From a virus (lineage: Duplodnaviria; Caudoviricetes), in IMG/VR virus record IMGVR_UViG_3300046656_000554, positions 1-26,915 of that record: a stretch of DNA of 26,915 bases. One strand, given 5' to 3'. The translations under genes were made by a program, and so were the position numbers. Shown here one piece after another: positions 7,891-15,196 of this stretch (its first letter is position 1; every line of letters begins with the position of its first letter). The notes under the pieces are model-generated. The model made no database searches. It saw nothing but the letters and a program-made list of their open reading frames with translations, and had not been told where the DNA came from.

Positions 7891-8129
7891 CGCCTCTCCT
7901 GAATCGCCTGCAGCAGCATGCCGCGAATCTTGGCCAGCAGGTCCGATGCATCCTCGCAGTATCGGCGAGGCAGGGCCGCGCCGCGTGGACCGTTGCCAAG
8001 TGCAGCCAGCTCAGCATGCGCGCTCCGCAGCGCGGTGTCTGCGATACTCAGGTAGGCTCGGGCCTGTCCGAGGGCGTGTGCTTCGTCGAAGGCGTCGACG
8101 CGCGCGGTGTCGGAGGGTGAGCGGGTCAT
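7887..8129 (-). CDS. Helical hypothetical protein
   Basis: ATGA coupling on both sides. Confidence 0.6.
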   Translation of the reverse strand: MTRSPSDTARVDAFDEAHALGQARAYLSIADTALRSAHAELAALGNGPRGAALPRRYCEDASDLLAKIRGMLLQAIQERR

Positions 8130-8287
8130 CGGGTTGGTTCCGTTGGAGCGGACAGTGCGTCACCGAAGCGAAAGCCATACGCGTTTGGGCAGTGGTGCCA
8201 GCTGGAGTTCGCCGGACGCATCACGGGGAACCAGTACAGTTTGTTGTGCGCCTGCGGATCCTCGTCGCAGTGGTCGTGGTCCATCAT
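8126..8287 (-). CDS. Small His/Cys-containing hypothetical protein (start uncertain: 8287, 8371 or 8404)
   Basis: GGAGG before ATG 8287; stop coupled to the 8129 start. Confidence 0.4.
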   Translation of the reverse strand: MMDHDHCDEDPQAHNKLYWFPVMRPANSSWHHCPNAYGFRFGDALSAPTEPTR

Positions 8288-8372
8288 GGGCGCGGCCTCC
8301 ACGCTTCGGTAAGCAGTCGCACCCTGCCCCGAGACACGAACTGCAGGCATTCCCTGGGGCTGGCCGCGCATG

Positions 8373-8684
8373 TCATCTCGCCTCCAGCGGCGTTCCGTTG
8401 ACACGCACGGTAGTCTGGCGCACCGGTTTCAGGCTGCCCCATGCTTCGGCAATCGTCGGATCTGCTCCTTCCGGGAGCGCGGCCTGCTCGAACGGGATGA
8501 CGCCTGCCTCGACGGTGATCGGTTCCAACTGCTTGTGCGAAGTCACGCCGAACGCCTCGAAGCGGTACCAGCGGTCCAAGATGTGACAGCGCACGCGGGC
8601 GCAGAACTCGGTACCGGCGTCACGATGGAGCTCCATCGCCTCGGTGAGGAGGCCGTGGAAGACGGCTTGTAGCTCAGGGCTCAT
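8373..8684 (-). CDS. Hypothetical protein
   Basis: ATGA coupling with the 8681 stop. Confidence 0.6.
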   Translation of the reverse strand: MSPELQAVFHGLLTEAMELHRDAGTEFCARVRCHILDRWYRFEAFGVTSHKQLEPITVEAGVIPFEQAALPEGADPTIAEAWGSLKPVRQTTVRVNGTPLEAR

Positions 8685-9253
8685 GATGCGGCAGACTCCG
8701 GGCCGCCATTGGTCAGTGGAGTGCCGCGGTACCCGAGAGCAAACACCTCTGGCATGTCGGCCAGCTGGCTGGCGTTCAGCGGCGCGACCTTGCCGGCGTC
8801 AACGCGGGACCTGTAGTTTACGCCGCTAGCGTGAGCGATCTGGTCGTCCCGCGGCGGAGCATTCCTACTTGGCGGAGCCGCCGCGGCTGGCTCACGCTCA
8901 GGGTACGGCTCCGGTAGGGCAAACGCCCTGGCCAGGTTGTTCGCCGCGAACATCCACAGCCACGAATCGCCATCGACGTACAGCCGCGGGAAACGCCATA
9001 CGTCTTGCCCGGGGTTCTCCACGAACCGTACACACTCGAGAACCAGTCCCGGCATGTCGATGCGTGCGCGCTTCTGCTTGAAGCTGACGCGGTAGGGATA
9101 GCGGCCCGTGTCGTCGACTGACCCGGCGCGGGCGATCTTGGCGCCGGTAACGCCGATATCTGTCAGCAGCTGGCGAATATTGCGGTCCGCGTTGCGCCGG
9201 GTAACCCGGTCGGCAATGGGTCCGGTACCTGGGTTCATGAGCAGTGCATCCAT
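8681..9253 (-). CDS. Hypothetical protein, first gene of the minus-strand cluster (start re-called to ATG 9253)
   Basis: ATG 7 nt after a class-2 motif; contains RFPRLYVDGDSWLWMFA. Confidence 0.65.
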   Translation of the reverse strand: MDALLMNPGTGPIADRVTRRNADRNIRQLLTDIGVTGAKIARAGSVDDTGRYPYRVSFKQKRARIDMPGLVLECVRFVENPGQDVWRFPRLYVDGDSWLWMFAANNLARAFALPEPYPEREPAAAAPPSRNAPPRDDQIAHASGVNYRSRVDAGKVAPLNASQLADMPEVFALGYRGTPLTNGGPESAAS

Positions 9254-9280
9254 CCTCTGCACCCTACCATACCGCCCTGA
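9254..9280 (-). promoter_or_regulatory. Class-2 promoter-like motif
   Basis: Minus strand reads TCAGGGCGGTATGG-TAGGGT-N7-ATG(9253). Confidence 0.6.
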
Positions 9281-9282
9281 TA

Positions 9283-9317
9283 TCGACCGCCTGATCCGTA
9301 TCCGCGACCCTAACAGG
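9283..9317 (+). promoter_or_regulatory. Class-1 promoter-like motif for the portal operon
   Basis: TCGACC-N17-GACCCT-N6-ATG(9318). Confidence 0.7.
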
Positions 9318-9626
9318 ATGGAACAGGCTATCCCGTCTCCGACCCACGACGCCGACTACACCCCCGAGCACTGGATCCCCAACCCCGGTGACGTCGTAGG
9401 CCTCGCGAGCGGCGGGCCGGACCTAACGGTGTTGTACCTGAGTGGGCCCGACGACCAACAGATGGCCGCATTCAGCTGGTTCACAGCGGTTGGCGATCTC
9501 CGCTCCAGCGAGTTGCCGGTCAAGGCGTTGGTGCCGCGGCCGACGCCTCCGGCTAGCAGTTCGGTCGACATCGGTCCCATCGCCATCCCCGTCGCCGGCC
9601 CCGGTCGCCCGCTGCGCCGCCGGTAG
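9318..9626 (+). CDS. YodC/DUF2158-family small beta-barrel protein (start re-called to 9318)
   Basis: PGDVVGLASGGPDLTV...SWF matches the family signature GDVVxLKSGGPxMTV...WF. Confidence 0.75.
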   Translation: MEQAIPSPTHDADYTPEHWIPNPGDVVGLASGGPDLTVLYLSGPDDQQMAAFSWFTAVGDLRSSELPVKALVPRPTPPASSSVDIGPIAIPVAGPGRPLRRR

Positions 9627-9629
9627 CCC

Positions 9630-12600
9630 ATGGCCTCGCCTCGCACACCGACCGGCCAGTACGAAAAAGGCACCAGCGGCAATCCCCGCGGTCGCCCACC
9701 TCGCGCCCGCCAGGACTCCGTGCCGACGGCTCTCGTCCGCACTCCGTCGCAGCCCGCTCCTACCCCCCGCCGCGACGGTTGGCAGAACGAAGCTTCCGGG
9801 CATGGGACGCGTCGAGATCGCCGCACCCTGACCCGTTTCGGCGTCGACATCGTCACCGATATCGAGGCGCTGCAGCTCTGGCGCTCGGAGTTCCTGGCCG
9901 CGACGATTATCGAGGGCGAGCCCAAGGAGGCTCTCAAGCGCGGATGGCGGTTCAAGTGCGAGGACAAGGATCTCGAGGTCGCGGTACTCAAGCGCGCCGA
10001 GGAGATCGGCCTGGAGCACGCACTCCGCAAGGCGGCCGAGTACGAGAACGCCTACGGCGGCTCGGCGATCTTTCCGGTGCTCACCGGAGCGCTTGGCGAT
10101 CTGAGCACAGAGCTCGACCCCGGCGCGATCGCCTCCGTCGATGCGTTCCACGTGTTCGAGCCGCAAGAGCTCTTGCCCAATACCTACTACAAGGACATCC
10201 GGCTGCCGAAGTGGCGACGGCCGGAGACCTACCGACTCATACCGCTGACCTCGGGTCGCAGTGGGTATTTCAATCCGCAGATCGTCCACGAGTCGAGGCT
10301 GATCATCTTCCCGGGCACTCGCGTCTCCGTGCAGACGCAGCCCGGCCAGCGTGAGGGCTGGGGCGACTCGAACCTGTGCCGCCCGCGTCAGGTGATTGCC
10401 GACTTCGGCCTGAGCTGGGCGTCGGCGGCGACGCTACTCCACGAGCACGGCAAGGGCACGCTCGAGATGGACAACTTCGCCAACATGATGGCGCAGGCCG
10501 ACGGGCTCGATCAGTTCGACAAGTACATCACCGCGATGCAGATGGCGTGGTCGACGATCGGTATGGTTGTGATCGACGGCAAGAGTCGATACAGCCGGTC
10601 GACGGGCGCGCTGACTGGGATCAGCGAGGTGCTGAACGAATTCAAGGTCCTCATGGCTGCCGCCGTCGGTCGCCCCGTTAGCACGCTATTCGGCCAGAGC
10701 CAGACAGGCCTGCGGACCGGGGACGACGACACGCTGAGCTGGAACGCGAAGGTCGAAGGCTATCAGGGCAAGCACCTTCGGCCACGGCACGAGCAGGCGG
10801 TGAAGCTGATCCTGCTCTCGACGGCTGGGCCGACGAATGGCCAGGAGCCCGAGGCGTGGAGCGTCGAATACCCGCCGATCTCGACACCGAGCGAGAAAGA
10901 GAAATCCGAGATCCAGCTTGCGGACATGCAGCGGGCGAAGATTGCGATTGAGACTGGAGTGGCGAGCAAGGATGACTGCGCGGAGAGCTTCTACAAGGGC
11001 GACAGCTATAGCGGGGACATCAAGATCGACTGGGAGCGGCGCAAGAAGGAGCAGGCGGAGGCGAAGCTGCGAGAAGCTCAGGCTGCGGCTCAGGCCGCTG
11101 GGGGCGCAGGCGCGCCGCCGGTGGCCGAGCAGGAAGATCTGAGTCCCGAGGAGCTGGCGGATCTGCAAGGGCTACAGGAGGAGTTCGGGACGTCCGATGG
11201 CCAGGAGCCCGACGATTCGGAACCGGACGACGAGGAGCCGGACTTCGGCGATGATGTTCCGGACGACGAGGATTTGGCTAACGACCACGAGCCGCGTACC
11301 GATGACTTGGGCGCGCAGGGCTACAACCCGTACCGGACCCATGGCGGGCAGTTCGGCTCAGGTCCACACAAGGCTAGACCCGGCGCCGGTGAGCGTCAGG
11401 CCGCAGCGGTCGCCAAGTCCACGGAGCGCGTCGGTAAGACCGGGGCGCGTGTCGAGCACTATGCGGGCAAGCTCGCCGAGTCGCACCAGGCGCGGCACGC
11501 GGCGATTGCAGAGACCCGCGGTGCGCTGGAGAAAGCCAAGGCGGCGGGTGAACTCGCTAGAGCGAAGCCGACAGCAAAGAACCTAAAGGCGGCCGAGGTC
11601 GCGACCAACAAGGCGACCCGGGCGCAGGCCAAGGTCGGCAAGCACGAAGCGGCGATCGCGAAGCACACGGATCTGCATGCCAAGGCAGTGGGCGCGCATG
11701 CGAAGTCAACGGAGGCGCATGCGAAGACGGTGGCGAAGGGGGCGGAGGTCAAGGCGGCGGGGAAGGCGAAGACTGAGAAGCCAGCGGCCAAGCCAGCCGT
11801 TGAGGCCAAACCGGCAGCGAAACCGGCTACGGCAGCACCGGCCAAGCCTGTCGATCCGAAGGCTGCCCACGAAGCTGCGGCCCGCGAATCCGTGACCAAG
11901 GCACAGGCATCGCTTGCGGCAATCAAGAAAGAGGGTGTCCTGGCCAAGGACGCGGTGGCGGACACGGACTTCACCAAGGCCAAGCAGCATTTGGCAAACA
12001 TCGATAAGCACCAGAACGAACTATCCGGCCACGTAGCCGCGGCCGAGGCTAGTGCGAAACAACATGGCGGTGCGGATCTGGCAGGTCATGTGAGTAAATC
12101 GCTGAGGGATGAGGATGGGCGTTCTGCTGTCGAGCAGGGCCAGCGTCTACATGGTCACGCAGAAGCGGAAATTAGGTTTGGTGAGGGCGATCAGAAACTC
12201 TCATACTCGCGACGTGCAGCCCCGGAACAGGGCGCACTGAAGGCGGGCGAGTATCGAGAGTCCGCCGAATCGTTCCCGAAGTCGTTGACCCTAGAGCAGA
12301 AAGTCGCCGTATCGAATTATACAGACCACAGCGATCACATCTTGAATCCGATGCTGCGACAGACGAAGGGACAGCCAGACTCGTCGGCCAAGATGTACGA
12401 GGGGTCTCAGGTTCCCGAGCATGTTCATCAGGAGCGGCTCGGGAAGCGTCGTGAGCGAGTCGGCGCCGAGCGGGACACCGACATGACGGTCGGTACCGAG
12501 ATGAAGCATCTCGATTCCGCAATCGCTTCCCACTCATTCGATCGCGACGTTACGGCATATCGCGTTCTCAAGGATGATGGAGGGAAGATCATGGGGAACC

Positions 12601-12872
12601 TTCAGGTTGGGTCTACGTTCCAGGATCATGGATATGTGTCCACGACATCGGATAGTAACTTCCTGAAGAAGTTCTACAGTGGAGATCCTCAGCATCGCGT
12701 AGATGTGCACGTTACAATCAAGGCGGGCAAGCCAGCGGCTCCGATCCAGGAACTTACGTCATTCAAGTCGGAGAAAGAGATCCTGCTTCCGCGAGGCAGC
12801 AAGTTCCGGGTGACTAAGATTGTCCCTGCTACAGAGACGGCCGCGCGGCAGGTTCACGTGGAGACCATATGA
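9630..12872 (+). CDS. DUF1073-type portal protein fused through acidic and Ala/Lys-rich linkers to a C-terminal VIP2/Alt-like ADP-ribosyltransferase
   Basis: Portal motifs RRDGWQNEASGHG, YGGSAIF, IVHESRLIIFPG, GWGDS, PVSTLFGQSQTGL. ART motifs YT..S..LN..LR, LDSAI, AYR (R978), GYVSTT (S1004), SEKEILLPRGSKFRV (E1048/E1050). Confidence 0.9.
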   Translation: MASPRTPTGQYEKGTSGNPRGRPPRARQDSVPTALVRTPSQPAPTPRRDGWQNEASGHGTRRDRRTLTRFGVDIVTDIEALQLWRSEFLAATIIEGEPKEALKRGWRFKCEDKDLEVAVLKRAEEIGLEHALRKAAEYENAYGGSAIFPVLTGALGDLSTELDPGAIASVDAFHVFEPQELLPNTYYKDIRLPKWRRPETYRLIPLTSGRSGYFNPQIVHESRLIIFPGTRVSVQTQPGQREGWGDSNLCRPRQVIADFGLSWASAATLLHEHGKGTLEMDNFANMMAQADGLDQFDKYITAMQMAWSTIGMVVIDGKSRYSRSTGALTGISEVLNEFKVLMAAAVGRPVSTLFGQSQTGLRTGDDDTLSWNAKVEGYQGKHLRPRHEQAVKLILLSTAGPTNGQEPEAWSVEYPPISTPSEKEKSEIQLADMQRAKIAIETGVASKDDCAESFYKGDSYSGDIKIDWERRKKEQAEAKLREAQAAAQAAGGAGAPPVAEQEDLSPEELADLQGLQEEFGTSDGQEPDDSEPDDEEPDFGDDVPDDEDLANDHEPRTDDLGAQGYNPYRTHGGQFGSGPHKARPGAGERQAAAVAKSTERVGKTGARVEHYAGKLAESHQARHAAIAETRGALEKAKAAGELARAKPTAKNLKAAEVATNKATRAQAKVGKHEAAIAKHTDLHAKAVGAHAKSTEAHAKTVAKGAEVKAAGKAKTEKPAAKPAVEAKPAAKPATAAPAKPVDPKAAHEAAARESVTKAQASLAAIKKEGVLAKDAVADTDFTKAKQHLANIDKHQNELSGHVAAAEASAKQHGGADLAGHVSKSLRDEDGRSAVEQGQRLHGHAEAEIRFGEGDQKLSYSRRAAPEQGALKAGEYRESAESFPKSLTLEQKVAVSNYTDHSDHILNPMLRQTKGQPDSSAKMYEGSQVPEHVHQERLGKRRERVGAERDTDMTVGTEMKHLDSAIASHSFDRDVTAYRVLKDDGGKIMGNLQVGSTFQDHGYVSTTSDSNFLKKFYSGDPQHRVDVHVTIKAGKPAAPIQELTSFKSEKEILLPRGSKFRVTKIVPATETAARQVHVETI

Positions 12873-13129
12873 GCGATCGATCGGCGCATTACAGCTGGAG
12901 TCCGGACGACATCGTCGTAGATCCGCCGGGACAGGATTCCGGCCAATCTGCCCGCGCTCGCGTCCGCCAGTCCCTCGGCGATGTCGCGCACGCGATGAGC
13001 GACGCCGAGGTTGATGCGGTGATCGAGGCGGCGCGAGTCGATACGAACGGGGAAGGTGATTTGGCTCCTGAGGAGCTTGACGAAATCGACGCCCTCCTCG
13101 CCGAGTTCGGCGAATCCGATGACGAGTGA
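12869..13129 (+). CDS. Small acidic protein; candidate immunity/partner of the ART
   Basis: ATGA-coupled to the ART stop; EF-hand-like loop DTNGEGDLAPEE; C-terminus repeats a portal linker segment. Confidence 0.65.
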   Translation: MSDRSAHYSWSPDDIVVDPPGQDSGQSARARVRQSLGDVAHAMSDAEVDAVIEAARVDTNGEGDLAPEELDEIDALLAEFGESDDE

Positions 13130-14933
13130 ACTCCACTCCGCTTTGATCGTCGCTCGGCTCGCCGCTGACCTTGCGCGTCGCGATCCAACGGACGCCAACC
13201 GTCAGGCGGCACGGGATGCGGTGGCGGTGGTTGCGTACCGGGTCGATGCGGCCGGCTACAACCCGAACCGAGACAGCAAGGGGCGGTTCGCGTCGGGACC
13301 GCATCAGCAACGCGCGCCAAGCGCTGTCCCAGCCCATGTCGCCGCCCACGTCGAGCACACCGCCGGCCTGCGCAAGGCGGCCGAGGCGCGGCTAACTACC
13401 GCCAAGGCGGCGAAGATCGCTGCGGTCACGGAGGCCCGCGCGCGACTAGCCGTCGCCAGGGGCGCCGCCGAGGCGGCGCGAAAGAACCCGAGCGCAATCA
13501 ACGTGAAAGCGGCCAAGGTGGCCGCGCAGCACGCAGCTGCCGGTGCAGCGGTGGCCAAGCAGCACACCCAGACGGTCAGGCAGCACACGCTGGCGCACGG
13601 GGACGCGCGGGCAGCGCACATCGCGGCGAAGAAGCAGCTGAGCGAGGCGAAGCGAGGCGGTAGCCAAGTATCCGGTCACGGACTTCACACCGCGGCGAAT
13701 ACGGCCAGCGAGCATGCTCACAATGCCACACGTCGTGCATCCGAGACGCTTGAGGCCGGCGATCATCGAGCAGCGGCGCTTGCGCATGAGCATGCTGCGG
13801 CTGCGCACCTGGCTGCAGGTAATCGGACCGCCGCGGTCGAGCACAGCAACCACGCAAGCGATCACAAACGAAAGGCCGAGGCATCGGATCTTAGTGATCG
13901 CGCAGGAGAAGCGACCACCAAGGCGATTGTCTCGAAAAATGGAGCGGACCATGCATTAGCAGCGGAGGCGCACGAGCGTGCGGCCAAGGCGCACCGGGAT
14001 GCTGGGAGCAACGACGTTGCTGGCGATCATCATGGGTTGGCGGTTTTCCACAAGGTAGAAGCGGAAAAACTCAGCGAGGCACCGCGTCAAGTCGGCGACC
14101 CCAAGATCAGAAAGATCGCGACCGAAGATACAGGCAGGGCCGTGATCGCGCATGGAATTGTCGACCGCGTACATCATGATCCGCTCTACAACGATAGACA
14201 ATTATCCTCTGAGGCTCAGCGTGCTGTACGCGAGCATCATAACAAGGTACTTGCAGCGTACGGTCTGCACAATAAGGATGCTGGCTTGATTCACGCAGGC
14301 ACAGTCGAGGTGCGGACTCCAGAAGGGATGGCCGCGGGCGCTAATGGAATTGCCGCCGAAGGGCTGCATTGGAGACACGACGGCAAGATCGCATTGAACG
14401 TCGATCGGGCGGATGGGATGATGGAGCATTCTCGATTGGATTCAGATGGGCTACTGCGAGCAGGCCATGAATACTTTTCCTCCAAGAGTGCTCGTAGTGC
14501 CATCGATGCGTATCGTGTGTCTACCCACGAGGCGGTTCACGGTCACGGGCCCGATGTGATCAAGATTGGCCATGAGACCATGCTAGAGGAAATGAGCACC
14601 GAGATGGTGGCGCGGAAGATCACCGCAGATGTTCATGGGATGGACATTGATCGCGTTCAGGGTCACTACGGCGGGTATATCGATCCGACGGTGAAACATC
14701 TGGTGCGTATGTCGAACCCGGAAGGCTCGTCCGCCGCTTACACGAAGGCTCATGAGGCGCTCGCCCACGCCTCGCTGGAGTTCAAGCGCAAGTCCGGGCG
14801 GCAGCTGTCGCCCGCCATTGAGCTTCACGAAATCGGCGCCTCTGCCCTGAAAAAGTTAGGGGTGCACGATCCGGCGAAGCACATGGAACTATACGGACAT
14901 ATGGCCAACATCTCAGAGCGAGGCCCGCAGTGA
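13119..14933 (+). CDS. Putative virion-packaged effector: shared N-terminal module, His/Ala repeats and C-terminal HExxH zinc metallopeptidase (start re-called to 13119)
   Basis: RVDAAGYNPNRDSKGRFASGPH; GLHWRHDGKIALN strand; STHEAVH followed by LEEMSTE (gluzincin-like third ligand). Confidence 0.75.
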   Translation: MTSELHSALIVARLAADLARRDPTDANRQAARDAVAVVAYRVDAAGYNPNRDSKGRFASGPHQQRAPSAVPAHVAAHVEHTAGLRKAAEARLTTAKAAKIAAVTEARARLAVARGAAEAARKNPSAINVKAAKVAAQHAAAGAAVAKQHTQTVRQHTLAHGDARAAHIAAKKQLSEAKRGGSQVSGHGLHTAANTASEHAHNATRRASETLEAGDHRAAALAHEHAAAAHLAAGNRTAAVEHSNHASDHKRKAEASDLSDRAGEATTKAIVSKNGADHALAAEAHERAAKAHRDAGSNDVAGDHHGLAVFHKVEAEKLSEAPRQVGDPKIRKIATEDTGRAVIAHGIVDRVHHDPLYNDRQLSSEAQRAVREHHNKVLAAYGLHNKDAGLIHAGTVEVRTPEGMAAGANGIAAEGLHWRHDGKIALNVDRADGMMEHSRLDSDGLLRAGHEYFSSKSARSAIDAYRVSTHEAVHGHGPDVIKIGHETMLEEMSTEMVARKITADVHGMDIDRVQGHYGGYIDPTVKHLVRMSNPEGSSAAYTKAHEALAHASLEFKRKSGRQLSPAIELHEIGASALKKLGVHDPAKHMELYGHMANISERGPQ

Positions 14934-15124
14934 TTCGTTTCTTCGACATCGAGCCGAACAACATCGAGCAGGCGCTGGTCTACTACCGGCAGTGCGTAGA
15001 CGACGGCACTTGGAGCGCCGACAAGGCGCAGGCGTTGTGCCACAAGCAGGACGATCCCGATCCGCTTATCAGAGCGATCGCGGAGGTCAATGCAGCGGCC
15101 GGTGATACCGTAGGCGCGCCCTGA
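14930..15124 (+). CDS. Small protein; candidate immunity/partner of the metallopeptidase
   Basis: GTGA-coupled to the peptidase stop, 64 aa, acidic. Confidence 0.55.
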   Translation: MIRFFDIEPNNIEQALVYYRQCVDDGTWSADKAQALCHKQDDPDPLIRAIAEVNAAAGDTVGAP

Positions 15125-15161
15125 CACCGGCGGCCTGCGTCGCTGACCCCTGAGTGCTGAA

Positions 15162-15196
15162 TCGACCGTCTGGCCTGCCCGGCCGACCCTGACAGG
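15162..15196 (+). promoter_or_regulatory. Class-1 promoter-like motif
   Basis: TCGACC-N17-GACCCT-N6-GTG(15197). Confidence 0.7.

Noticed and set aside
9630-11040. Calling the DUF1073 protein an anti-CBASS Acb1 nuclease
   Set aside because: I see no paired HxT/S 2H-phosphoesterase motifs; position and motifs fit a portal, and the fused enzyme is an ART.
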